Source: Octopus sinensis (taxonomy: Eukaryota). Taken from it: a DNA stretch of 64,000 nt. The stretch's first letter is position 1, and every line of letters begins with the position of its first letter. The notes beneath the pieces are model-generated. The model had not been told where the DNA came from. It saw only the letters and a list, made by a program, of their open reading frames with translations, and searched no databases. This document shows positions 1-12,227 of this stretch, in pieces. Where the stretch lies: positions 7,130,001 through 7,194,000 of the forward strand of contig NC_043015.1 in the NCBI RefSeq assembly GCF_006345805.1, read 5' to 3'. Both the position numbers and the translations under genes were made by a program.

Positions 1-309
1 ATGAACAAGTAGAATAACTACGAGCATGATTAGCTTCAAGTAGATCCGTATTATACACTAGCACATTCACACGCACACACACACGCATATGCACACACAC
101 ACACGTGTGTATATATGTGTATAAGTGTCTATCTACGTAATGGAGTGGAGTCAATATTCGATAAAAATCAATTCCATTAATGAAATGTAAAATTATTACT
201 ACAATTATACTGAGATAAACTCTATGTTCAGCGTTGAAAGATTCTTGCGGGTGTCTACGTATATATCACGCACGTATGGCTGGAGTTTACGAGCATATTT
301 ATCCACCGG

Positions 310-565
<256 letters not shown>

Positions 566-1412
566 TTTTTAAATACAGAGACAAAGAAAGAAAGGCAGAA
601 AAAACAAAGAAAGAAAAGAAAGAGATATGTATATGTATATCTATATGTAGATATATCTGTATTCACAGAGTCAACAGTTGAGATCTAGAGATGCTAATAT
701 AAAATACACGTAGCAGTGCTGAAATAATTTGGAGCTACTCTCCGAAGTCTCTATCTCCGAGTCCTCATGGTAAAAAATGCTTATAAAAGAAAACCAGGAG
801 AGCTGATATGGCGATAGTGATGCAGACAAACATGCTTGGGCTTGATAAATATATGAAGTGTAGATACATATACACAGTAATATATGTAGAGAGAAGATAA
901 GATTGAAAATATGCAGTTGATGAATACTAGGATATTTATACATTTACACAATAAACAACTTTACATGGATTACAACGATACAGAAACGTAAGGGAAGAAT
1001 GTGAGGGGTTTTAAGTTCGACAGCTGTTTCTAGGGGCACGGAATTATGTAACTCTTGTAGTGTAATTCCAGTAGAGGATGCTTATTAACGTTACAGAAAA
1101 GCCGTCCAATTTCGTCAAGGTAGAATAATCACCTGGATTTTTCGTGCAGCACCTCTTTAACGACGAGCCTTCTATATTGAGCATCTCTGGATCTCAATTG
1201 TTGACACTATACCCCTGTTTAGCCGAGGGCTATCTATTGAATACACCCATGGATAAACAACATGCGTGTATATACATGTATACACACGTACTCACACACA
1301 CACGCGCGCGTGCACACATACATATATGTATATATGTTTATCTGCATATATACATATATATATGCGCGTGTGTATATTTACACATACATAAATATATATA
1401 TATATATATATA

Positions 1413-1802
1413 TACCATTAAGGACTGAACACGAAAAGGTGACATCAACATGCTAGATATAGACGTCAAATCGCCATTCTCCACAAGGATTATGTTCTCA
1501 ATAAAAATAAAATTCAGCACGACCTAAACAATGATGAGACAAAGAATATACTAAATGGAATAATTACCTACGTACTGCAGTTTCACAGCTATTAATATCA
1601 CAAGGATATCTGTAGCTTCATCAGCGTAGTTTGTTATGAGCATAATATGCTGTACTAGATGAAAAACGTGACCGGAGTCCCGCATGCAAAAGTACAACCT
1701 ATACGTTCGGATGTATCTTTCGAATGCCTCTACTTTTGGCGCGCTGATAATCGAAAAACTAGCCTGCAGCCAATAATTAGCAGCAGTCAATATCGGTTTG
1801 AG

Positions 1803-1806
<4 letters not shown>
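1413..1806 (-). mobile_element. Penelope-like element terminal (pLTR-like) fragment inserted in (TA)n
   Basis: About 395 bp of non-simple sequence bounded by (TA)n on both sides, containing a hammerhead motif with a palindromic stem III, as is typical of PLE ends. Confidence 0.6.
1568..1629 (-). ncRNA. minimal type-I hammerhead ribozyme
   Basis: Minus strand reads CUACG-CUGAUGA-AGCUACAGAUAUCCUUGUGAUAUUAAUAGCUGU-GAAA-CUGCA-GUA-CGUAG. Perfect 5-bp stem I, canonical core, palindromic ACUGCAGU stem III, GUA cleavage triplet; stem II is bulged. Confidence 0.8.
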
Positions 1807-1857
<51 letters not shown>

Positions 1858-1906
1858 TACACACACACACGTGTATGGGTATGAGTGTGTGTGTGTATAT
1901 ATATAT

Positions 1907-2295
1907 ACTCTCTTACTCTACTCTTTTTACTTGTTTCAGTCATATGACTGCGGCCATGCTGGAGCACCGCCTTTAATCGAACAAATCGACCCCAGGACTT
2001 ATTCTTTTGTAAGGCCAGTACTTATTTTATCGGTCTCTTTTGCCGAACCGCTAAGTAACGGGGACATAAACACACCAACATCGGTTGTCAAGCAATGCTA
2101 GGGGGACAAACACAGACACACAAACATATATATATATATATACATATATATACGACAGGCCTCTTTCAGTCTACCAAATCCACTCACAAGACTTTGGTCG
2201 GCCCGAGGCTATAGTAGAAGACACTCTCCTAAGGTGTCACACAGTGGGACTGAACCCGGAACCATGTGGTTGGTAAACAGGCTACTTACCACACA

Positions 2296-2299
<4 letters not shown>
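1907..2299 (-). mobile_element. SINE family A (tRNA-derived, CORE-like, internal microsatellite)
   Basis: Matches the recurring consensus TGGCTGTGTGGTAAG...GGTTCAGTCCC...(TA)n...GTAAAAGAGTA; A- and B-box-like motifs present. Confidence 0.9.
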
Positions 2300-2329
<30 letters not shown>

Positions 2330-2331
<2 letters not shown>

Positions 2332-2680
2332 GCGGTTGTCTACTTATACTGAGGCTGATGACTACCTCTTTTACTTACACCTTAGATCCATCATGGCGTC
2401 TGGTGTGGCTTTCTAAACCAGACATGTATTGAAAAATTCCCCCAAATAGATTGCATACCTCATTTAGACCACCAAAAGCTACAGCTAAGTTCTGATCTTT
2501 GTGGATCTTAAATTTTCTTTATCATTTTTCATCATTTCTTTTCCTGATAATTTTCCATGAGTTTCTGACCTTATAACTTTATAAGCGGAACTGATGGCTA
2601 GACTGATTAAATCCAATGATTCAGAACAGGACAGCTAGACATTGTCTGTGAATATAAGCGCAAGAACTCTGTGAATATAT
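2330..2680 (-). mobile_element. degenerate RTE-like LINE 3' end
   Basis: Minus frame reads VCNLFGGIFQYMSGLESHTRRH, resembling the C-terminal C2H2-like motif of RTE/BovB ORFs; many stops. Confidence 0.4.
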
Positions 2681-3225
2681 ATATATAATAATATTTGCGT
2701 ATATATTTCTTACATAGTGTATATGTGTGTGTGTGTGTGTGTGTGTCTGTGTACTTATTTCAAGTCTCTTTGCATCACTAAGGGTAACATGTAGCCCAGT
2801 ACAAGGAGATGGAAGTACAATATATTGTTGGATTTACTGGCAACGCCACACAATTTGTCTGGTAGACAACATACTATGTCTTTATCATAAAGGAGGCTTA
2901 TTCGCAATTTACAATCGAAAGACAGAAGTATGGACATATAGACATCAGTAAAATGACTAAGTTAGCCCCATACTGGAGCTATTGCCCTTGGTCACAATAG
3001 TGACCTCTCTCTCTCTTTATATATATATATATAATGTATCAATGATGATGAATGAAGTTGTCTGAATTACCATATTCGCTGAATTAGCGTGTAAATCGCT
3101 GACCATTTCACAGAGAAGTATACTCTTAAAGCAATTATCTGTTAGACGCTGCGTAACATTGTATGGGAAGTTTGTCGCTTTTAATTACACATATAATCGA
3201 TGTATTATTCATTTAATTCCAGTAA

Positions 3226-3266
<41 letters not shown>

Positions 3267-4350
3267 TATATATATACATATATATGCGTGTGCGAGTAAC
3301 TCATTTTGGAGTCGCTCGAGTGATTGTATACTATCTCAGACTTTGTTTAGGAGCAACGCTTCGCCAATCTTTATACACGCAATACACAAATAAAAGACAT
3401 GTCCTCGCAGAGTGCGCTTTAGTTACAAGAATCATTATGAGCATCACCTGTGTTTATCTCTACCCTATGTGGATCTGATTGATAAGAAGCAAATTCGAAG
3501 CAGTGTATAGCTACGCATCACCAAATCCACGGAGCCGTTAATTTGCTTTCTTCCGCTGGCGTTTAATATTTCGTCACTTGATCTGCTAGACGAAATGGTG
3601 ATTTGATTGCTAAGAGAAATGTTGGATGATAATGTGCTAGAATAAAAGCAAATGAGTGAAGATAAATTATCATGGATATAGCAAAGTAAATTGTAGGGTT
3701 ATCTGATTATAGGATTTGGCTGTTATGTCCAGCAGTTAGAGCAACGACGTCGAGAGTCTTTTGCTGGTTGATGGTACGATTGTTATTTTTAATGTTGATT
3801 ATTTCTAAATCAATGTTGACTGGACTGTCAATTACATTACCTAATGTATCCAAGAAACTGATAGGTACTATCATAAGTCATTGCAACGATCAGAAATAAT
3901 AGAACTATCACCTGGAAACGCAAATTTCAATGAGTATAAGAGAAATAAGTCATTGGATGGAGTAGACACGAAAGAACACTGGTCATTGTAGTTGCCGCTA
4001 TATTGTGGTTGAAAATGAAAGGAGTAAATAGATTTAGGGTGAGTGTAGTCGGATTTCAGTTGAATTTAGCTCTGGTCCAAACATAATAAACAGTAGCAAA
4101 CATAATAAACTGCACAAACATAATAACTGTAGCAGAAGCAACAACAACGACACCAACAACAGCAGAGTTAACTAAAACGAAGAAACCAAGAGCAATCATA
4201 AAACAATACCTTTGGCTGAATGGATAATCGAAATTCATATACATGTGTATAAATATGTGTATAAATATATAATCTATATTTATACGCATACACTGTATGT
4301 GTATGTGTGTTTATCTATATGCATTTTTGGGTATTTATATATGTATATAA

Positions 4351-4636
4351 GGAGGCGCAATGGCCCAGTGGTTAGGGCAGCGGACTCGCGGTCGCAGGAT
4401 CGCGGTTTCGATTCCCAGACCAGGCGTTGTGAGTGTTTATTGAGCGAAAACACCTAAATCTCCACGAGGCTCCGGCAGGGGATGGTGGTGATCCCTGCTG
4501 TACTCTTTCACCACAACTTTCTCTCACTCTTTCTTCTGACGCGGTGGCGTCATTCGAAGGCTAAAGCAATGCGAACGCATTGTGACCAGCGATGTGTAGC
4601 AACATCTGATGGTCTGGTCGGTCACGGGATGACGTA
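4351..4636 (+). mobile_element. SINE family C (tRNA-Arg-like head)
   Basis: GGAGGCGCAATGGCCCAGTGGTTAGGGCAGCGGACTCGCGGTCG...GGTTTCGATTCCC; further copies at 23955 and 58312. Confidence 0.85.
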
Positions 4637-5258
4637 ATATATGTATATAAGTATGTAATATGTTTTAAATTAGTATAGTATTGTCTCATATAAATGTTTT
4701 TGATTATATTATTGTAAGTCATGTAATAAAATTATACAGGCTGACACTATTACTGAATAATAACTTTTCTCCAAAGATTTCTAGATGAAGGAAGCCTAAC
4801 CCTGCAGTATTGAAACAGGTACAACTATCAACGTATATTCTTTTATAACTTGCTTTATATTTTTTGCTTTTGATATAATCAAAGATATGTATATGCGTGT
4901 GCATGTATGCATATATAATTTGTTTTCAGACACCAAGCCTATCATTTTGGTAATGCCATTTCAGGTTTCAAGATTTCTTTACCCTTGAGATTATATACTC
5001 TTCTCATATAGCGCAGAACTTATTTACCATTTATTAATTGCTGTATATGTTCTGATATTTGAATACATCCACAATTTATTTACACGGTATTTGATATACA
5101 ATAAATTTGTTTATGTTGTTCATATATATATGTCACTTCAAAGGGCACACCTATTTTTCTCGTTTTGCATACATGTCTATGAAGCTTTGCTGATGGAGAT
5201 AGGTTAGGATAATGCTCACGTTGATGACGCCTATTGGGGCTGTAAAGCGCTTCAGCGA

Positions 5259-5484
5259 CTCATTTACTCTTTTACTTGTTTCAGTCATTTGAGTGTGGCC
5301 ATGCTGGAGCGCCGACATTAGTCGAACAAATCGAGCCCAGGACTTATTCATTGTAAGCCTAGTACTTATTTTATCGGTTTCTTTTGCTGAACCGCTAAGT
5401 TACGGGGACGTAAACACACCAGCATCAAGCGATTTTGAGAGGACAAATACAGACACACAAACAAATACACACACACACATATAT

Positions 5485-5526
<42 letters not shown>

Positions 5527-5698
5527 CATATATACGTGATGAGCTTCTTTCAGTTTCCGTCTATAAAATCTACCCAGAAGGCTCTGGTCGGCCTGAGGCT
5601 ATAGTAGAAGACACTTGCCCAGGTGCCACGCAGTGGGTCTGAACCCAGAACCATGTGGTTCGTAAGCAAGCTACTTACCACACAGCCACTCCTATGCC
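5259..5698 (-). mobile_element. SINE family A, full length
   Basis: Head, internal TA/CA tract and tail all match the family consensus. Confidence 0.9.
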
Positions 5699-5971
5699 TG
5701 TCCACTTCTCTCCATATACTGCGATTCTCTTTTTACTCAGTAGCAAATTATTGATTCTTTTGATTATCTCCTCTTCCTATGACGACCTGGTCTTAAATTA
5801 TATTTGGAAATTCTGATACATACTCTATAAGGCAAGATGGTAATTGATAAACGAAGAATTTATATTCACTATATAATATAAATGTATGTTTCTATGTTGT
5901 GTAAATATATACATACACACACTCCATCTCTTTCACACACGTATATATATATATATATATAGATATATATA

Positions 5972-6780
5972 GGGAGATTTCATAAAAGAACAAAAGACGA
6001 AGACAGGTAGTGTACACAGCAAACAGATGTATTAGTATAACGCTCGTAAAGTGAAAAAGTCTAACGTTTCGAGCCTACGCTCTTTAACAGACAGGAACAG
6101 AGAGAGAAAGAAACAAGGAGAAAATGAACAAGGTGTAGTGGCTAGCGATCTATCATGTCGAATGCTGGACAGAAGGGTCACACAGGAGAGCTAGGGAGAA
6201 GGGGAGATAATAAAGTAGTTGTGATCCGAAAACGAATGTGCGCATGCGTGTCTATAAAAGAGTTTGTATGTGCATGTAGAAGAGGGCTGGTGATCTTAAC
6301 GTGTGCGTGTGTGTATGGGTAGGTGTGAAAATGTGGGTCCAGGAAGTGGTCAGTACTGCTGTGTGAGTGGTGGTGTGGTGTGTGGTATGGTGGTGTAAGG
6401 TGTAGTGGTGTGTGGTGTGATGTGAGGGTGTTAGGAGGTGTGGGAGGCGAAAGTGGGGAAAGCAAGGGTGGGGTGTGGGTTATGCTGAGGGTGGAGGTAG
6501 AGGTGGGTATATGAGTAGGGAGAGGGTGGGGGAAGGATAGGGAAGGTGGTGGTGGAATATGTAGGGATGCGGTGGTCTTACGAGGGAGGGGTGACGAAGA
6601 AGGGGGAAGGAGAAGGTGGGTAGGAGTAAAGAGAAGCAGTAGGAGTCGGAGTAAGAGAGGAGAGGTGGGTGGGAGGAAGTAGGTGTTAGGAGAGAGAGGC
6701 GAGGGTAGCAGGTTAGATGAAGAGGTGAGGAGAGCTGAGGCCATGTGGTGCAAAGGAGCAAAGAGAGAAGATTAATCCCA
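5972..6780 (-). mobile_element. Penelope-like element 3' end (GIY-YIG C-terminus, C-rich UTR, hammerhead)
   Basis: Minus strand from ~6778 reads GLIFSLCSFAPHGLSS, matching the PLE endonuclease end motif LIFxLxTLxPxGLN. It is followed by a C-rich UTR and a degenerate hammerhead (CUGUUAA-AGAGC-GUAG-GCUC-GAAA-CGUU, ~6058-6095). Both flanks are TA-rich. Confidence 0.75.
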
Positions 6781-7452
6781 ATATATGTGTGTGTTTGTGA
6801 ATATATGTATTTATATTTTAATATGTAGCTTTATATGTATTTCTGTGTGCGGATGTCTGTGTATAAAGTTCTTAGTGTATAGATATACGTAGATTTGTTG
6901 TTTTCTTTTTAGTAATTTGGTTTTTGTGAAAATATTTACACTGATATATAGCATTTAAATAAACATGTTTTAACATGAATATTCCATATGATGCATACGT
7001 TTAACACTGTCTTCTCATTTCCACAAAATAAATTGTTTCTAAGTCTCGCTTTTCACATTAATTTGGTTAAAATCTGTTTAAGTGTATGATAACAAACTCT
7101 TCTTCCTGCACAATTATTTATACACACACACACGCACGCACACACTTACAGACACAGAAATCTAAAATGTTTTCAGATAGATATTATTCAATAATTTGAT
7201 AACACGTCTTAACTTGTAATATATTCAAGAAGTGTTTAAATATGTATTACATGGAAGTACAAAGATATTTGTAATTTACAAAGAAAATCCTGTTGTATTT
7301 GGCAGCATTCACTAAAATCTGGCAAGAAGCCAAGTATTTTCGAAACTAATGGTAAGTTTATACAGTTTAATAGTTTGCTCAAGAAGAAATGAATGAATTT
7401 AACTTCGTATTTTCTTTCTATTCATAATTGTATGAACATGAAGCGCCGCCAA

Positions 7453-7722
7453 CTATGTTATGAAGCATGATTTTTTCATGGAATTTTTACAGTGTTCATT
7501 CAGAATTTTAATAATCCACTCGGAATCGCAACTAACTGCGTAGTGAATGTTTCCCTGTACAAGCAAAGCTGTTGGCGGTCCGTGTGTTTTCACAGGATGT
7601 GTTAAGTCCTTGACAAATTCATTGAACATCTGGCTGTCTGTTTCTCCATGGGAAAATAGGTTAACAGTTCGAACTGTTTGGGTATAAGAGGGAACTAACA
7701 ATGTTCTTGAGAGTCGAAGGTA
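7453..7722 (-). other. open 270-nt frame: candidate terminal exon or pogo-type DDE remnant
   Basis: TTTTAG acceptor followed by YLRLSRTLLVPSYTQ...HGETDSQMFNEFVKDLTHPVKTHGPPTALLVQGN...SCFIT*. Loose resemblance to the pogo motif GWxDSxxFxxxxxHF...PVLLILDN. Confidence 0.3.
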
Positions 7723-7928
7723 CTAAAACAGCTACTCATGTGGGTATTTCAGTTCAATTCAAAATTCACGCTCCGTTTTTACTATGTTTCTTCTGTTTTT
7801 TTTTATTCTGTCTTTTTGATTTTATAACTATACTTGCAAAGGCAACATAGACAAAAACTAAATATTAGGTACATACTCAGCTACGTATACAAACACACCA
7901 CGCACCTATGTACATATCGATATAAAAC

Positions 7929-8106
7929 AGTGGCTGTGTGGTAAGTAGCTTGCTTACAAACCACATGGTTCTGGATTCATTCCCACTGCGTGGCACATTG
8001 GGCAAGTGATTTCTACTATAGCCTCGGGCCGACCAAAGCCTTGTGAGTGGATTTGGTAGACGGAAACTGAAAGAAGCCCGTCGTATATATATATATATAT
8101 ATATAA

Positions 8107-8146
<40 letters not shown>

Positions 8147-8245
8147 TTGTGTGTCTGTGTTTGTCCCCCAACATCGCTTGACAACCGATGGTGCTCCAGC
8201 ATGGCCGCTGTCAAATGACTGAAAGAGTAAAGAGAAGAAAGAGTA
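7929..8245 (+). mobile_element. SINE family A with internal deletion of the 3' body
   Basis: AACCGATG joins directly to GTGCTCCAGC; roughly 100 bp of the consensus is missing. Confidence 0.88.
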
Positions 8246-8589
8246 TAGGTTTTTGTATATGTATATATATATATTCAAGCATATATATGTGAGTGTGTGA
8301 GTGTATGTGTGTGTGCGTGTATGTGTATGTAGGCACATAGATTAGGTCATCCCAGTGATAGGCGTGGGTGTTAATAGAATATCTAACAGGGAGTGCTGGC
8401 AAAGTGTTTAGTACTATTCTTTCCGATCTAAATAGGAATGTATGTAGTTTCTATGAGTTAAGCCCCTTTACAAATCTGTGTCCTCAAATGTTTTCTTTTT
8501 TATCTTTTTAAAGCTGGGGGATTTTTACCAAATTATTGCATCAAAGTAAACTATGTAAATAGAATTTAGCCCATAGGAACGTAAACGAT

Positions 8590-8812
8590 TTAATAGTAGC
8601 AACAACAGTAGCAGCAACAGCAGTAGTGGCAGTAGCAACTGCAAGTGAAGTGGCAACAGCAGCGGCGGCAGCAGTAGTGGCATAAATTGCGGTAGCAACA
8701 GCAGCAGTGGCAGCAGCAGCAGTAGTAGCATCAGCAGCAATAGTAGCAGCAGCAGTAGTAATAGTAGCAGCAACAGTAGTAATAGTAGCAGCAGCAGCAG
8801 TAGTAGTAGTAG
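8590..8812. repeat. (CAG/TAG/CAA)n trinucleotide tract
   Basis: Directly visible. Confidence 0.9.
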
Positions 8813-9846
8813 CTGTTTGAGTATTCTAGTACTGGCATTAGCTTACACAGCATTGATTATTCACCGAAATACAAAAGGGTGTTTCAGAAAAGCAACTGTC
8901 CCTCGGTTTACAGCACACTCGCTTAGCAATTTTTTTAGCTGGAAATGTAGAGTATATTACAGATCTGCAAATCATGATACGATCTAACGTTAGAACTCTT
9001 GGACGCTACATTTTAATGCTTATCAGCTCTTGCTAAGGCAGATTATATTCCATTTCATGTCCTATTGGATTGTCGCGTCCTAGGTGAAATTTGCCGCGTA
9101 AAAGAAAATTAATTGAGAAGGCGAGATGATCACATGAAAAACGTAACCGATCATGGTTCTGCGTGATTAGACTGATCAAGAAACAGCATCATTAAAAACA
9201 CGTACAGTATTCTTCCTTTACACTTCATAAAACTCCCTGATACTGCTTAGAATTTTATGCTGCAAATACCTGTTGAAAAAGAGATTGGGCACAGGGGAAC
9301 AATTCTTCTCCTGTATTTATAAAAGCGGCTAGAGATTTGTACTAAACATTGGAACTGAAGCTATAAGTACTCATCAAAGTATCTAAGGATCATTTTTCGT
9401 AATAGGTTCCTCAAACTACGAAAGCTTACTACGCCTTGCGGATATCTATTTCATCAGCTAAGCAATTCTTTGTTGTTACTTAGCCTCTAGATGAAATTTG
9501 ATAACGTATACAGCTAGGCTCAACGGTATTTGAAATAAGATTATCTCATTTTTATGTTTGTTTTCAGATGTGATATATCTACCGATCCATTATGAAATAT
9601 CTCTTTCCATTTTTTAGAAGGTCGGATCAGATTATAAAGAGATTTAGCTGATATCGCTAGGATGTCAAAAGACCACGTATAACCTGCAAGCGAAGGTGTT
9701 TTTGCTTTATAAGATCGCCAGCCACTTCGCTGGGAGCCAGCATATACTCATCACGGATAATGAAGTTATTCTTGTAATCTACACACACACACACACCACA
9801 CACACACACACACACACAGATACCCACAGACACACATATGTATAGA

Positions 9847-9881
<35 letters not shown>

Positions 9882-10532
9882 TATATATAAAGACTATATG
9901 AATTACTACTCAAACACACGCACACGTATAGGCGAGAGAAATGTGGATATTATGTGTATGTGACTTCTTGTATGTATTTTGTGCCTCACTTCATGATTTA
10001 TACATTTATTTATGCGTATGAATATGTATGAGTGCTTGTCTATATTTATGTCTGTTTGTGTATTTCGGTGTATGTCTTGTGTGATTGTATGTATGGGCGT
10101 AATTTCATCTCTATGCAAATGTTTGTGTGTATGTATGTGTATGTGTGCTTGTATTTTTCTGCACGCAGATTACTGAATTCCTTTCGCTCTTTTCTTTTCA
10201 ATATTTACCAAAAAAATATTGAAATTTAGAATTGCTTGTATAACCAAAAATGACCTTTCTATATTATTGAAAACGCTGTTAGCAATTTTATTCTAATAGC
10301 GATTTAGAAACATGCAAATAAAATAGAAAATGTTTTGCTGAAAGTATTAAGGATTCTCAAGCAAATATATTAGATTTTGTCAAATGTTTCAAACTACCAT
10401 GTATGAAATAAATATTTGGAGATTCGGAAATATAACGTATAAAAGGATATGCTTTACCATTCAGAAATAAAAGTTATATCATTTTCCATATAGAAGCATT
10501 ACGTACAAATATTATTTGCAGATCATAAACAA

Positions 10533-10915
10533 GCGCAGGAGTGGCTGTGTGGTAAGTAGCTTGCTAACCAACCACATGGTTCCGGGTTCAGTCCCACTGC
10601 GTGGCATCTTGTGCAAGTGTCTTCTGCTATAGCCCCGGGCCGACCAATGCCTTGTGAGTGGATTTGGTAGACGGAAACTGAAAGAAGCCTGTCGTATATA
10701 TGTATATATATGTATGTGTGTGTGTTTGTCCCCCTAGCATTGATTGACAACCAATGCTGGTGTGTTTACGTCACTTAGCGGTTTGGCAAAAGAGACCGAT
10801 AGAATAAGTACTGGGCTTACAAAGAATAAGTACCGGGGTCGATTTGCTCGGCTAAAGGCGGTGCTCCAGCATGGCCGCAGTCAAATGACTGAAACCAGTA
10901 AAAGAGTAAAATAGT
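10533..10915 (+). mobile_element. SINE family A, full length
   Basis: Matches the family consensus. Confidence 0.9.
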
Positions 10916-11034
10916 AAGCGTGTACATCAGTATTTCTGAAGATGCGACTCACATTACGCTTGTGAGGCTTGGCACTATTTTGGTGCATGGAGGTTGCTTC
11001 AGAATAAGGTGTAAGTTATATGTATTGTAATTGT

Positions 11035-11295
11035 GTAACATTGTCCGTTTTTTTCCGTCCTTGTTTTTGTATATATTTGCTACTTTCTATCAAGTAATCT
11101 AATGCTCTTAGCTTAATTTTTCCTTAGGGCTGGCCAGATTGGAGCAATCTCAAGTATAATCAGCCGAAATTGCGAAGATAATCTAGTACTTGACTGAGGA
11201 AAGAAAACTTCGAATGATTCGTCCTTGTTTTCTTTTGTATCGTCTATCTGGATGTTTTGTTGTCTCATTTTTGAATCACCTATTTTGTGTTTATA
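11035..11295. repeat. interspersed repeat G (copy 1), possibly PLE-terminal
   Basis: Aligns with 59245-59570 (GGCTGGCC...CAGCCGAAATTGC.AAGAT.ATC...GACTGA.GA); TA-rich flank. Confidence 0.7.
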
Positions 11296-11324
11296 TATAT
11301 ATAGCATGAATATATATTGGGTTC

Positions 11325-11730
11325 ATACTTTTGGCACAAGGCCAGTGATTTCGGGTCGATTTTAGAGGCCTCTGTCCTCAAGAGGTACTTATTTTATCGA
11401 CTCGGAAATAATGGAAAACTAAGTCGGTTCCAGCGGTATTTGAACTGAGAATGTTAAGATTGCAGTAATGCTACTAAGCATTTTTCCGGTGTGCTAACGA
11501 TTCTGCCAGTGTGAATAGATTTTGGTTTAACCAGTGTGAATAGATTTTGGTTTCAAATTTCGGCACAAGGCCAGCAAGTCCAGTGGAAGGGGTAAGTCGA
11601 TTGCATCGAGACCAGTGCTTAATTGGTACTAAGTTTATCACCCCTTACAACTTGTGACTAAATATTATTTTCTACTCTACGCAAAAGGCTCGAAAATTTT
11701 GGGGAGGAGGCTAGTCGATTAGATTGACCC
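11325..11730 (-). mobile_element. cluster of SINE family B copies and fragments
   Basis: Repeated GGCACAAGGCCAG, GTACTTATTTTATCGAC and GGAATTTGAACT motifs; 23-bp direct duplication at 11506-11553. Confidence 0.75.
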
Positions 11731-12227
11731 CACTATCATCACCACCACCACCACTACTACTATCACCACCACCACCACCACCACCTCCACTACTACTATC
11801 ACCACCACCACCACCACCTCCACTACTACTATCACCACCACCACCACCACCTCCACTACTACTATCACCACCACCACCACCACCTCCACTACTACTATCA
11901 CCACCACCACTACCACCTCCACTACTACTATCACCACCACCACTACCACCACCACTACTATCACCACCTCCACTACTACTATCACCACCACCACCACTAC
12001 TACTATCACCACCTCCACCTCCACTACTACTATCACCACCTCCACTACTACTATCACCACCTCCACTACTACTATCACCACCTCCACTACTACTATCACC
12101 ACCACCACCACCTCCACTACTATCACCACCACCACCACTACTATCACCACCTCCACTACTATCACCACCACCACTACCACCACCACTATCACCACCACTA
12201 CTATCACCACCACCACCACCACCACCA
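11731..12227. repeat. higher-order CAC/CTC/TAC minisatellite
   Basis: Variable 21-36 bp units of ATC(ACC)nTCC(ACT)n; gives poly-P/L/V artefact ORFs. Confidence 0.92.

Noticed and set aside
4351-4430. tRNA gene
   Set aside because: The A/B boxes run into a SINE body found three times in the window, and there is no proper acceptor stem.
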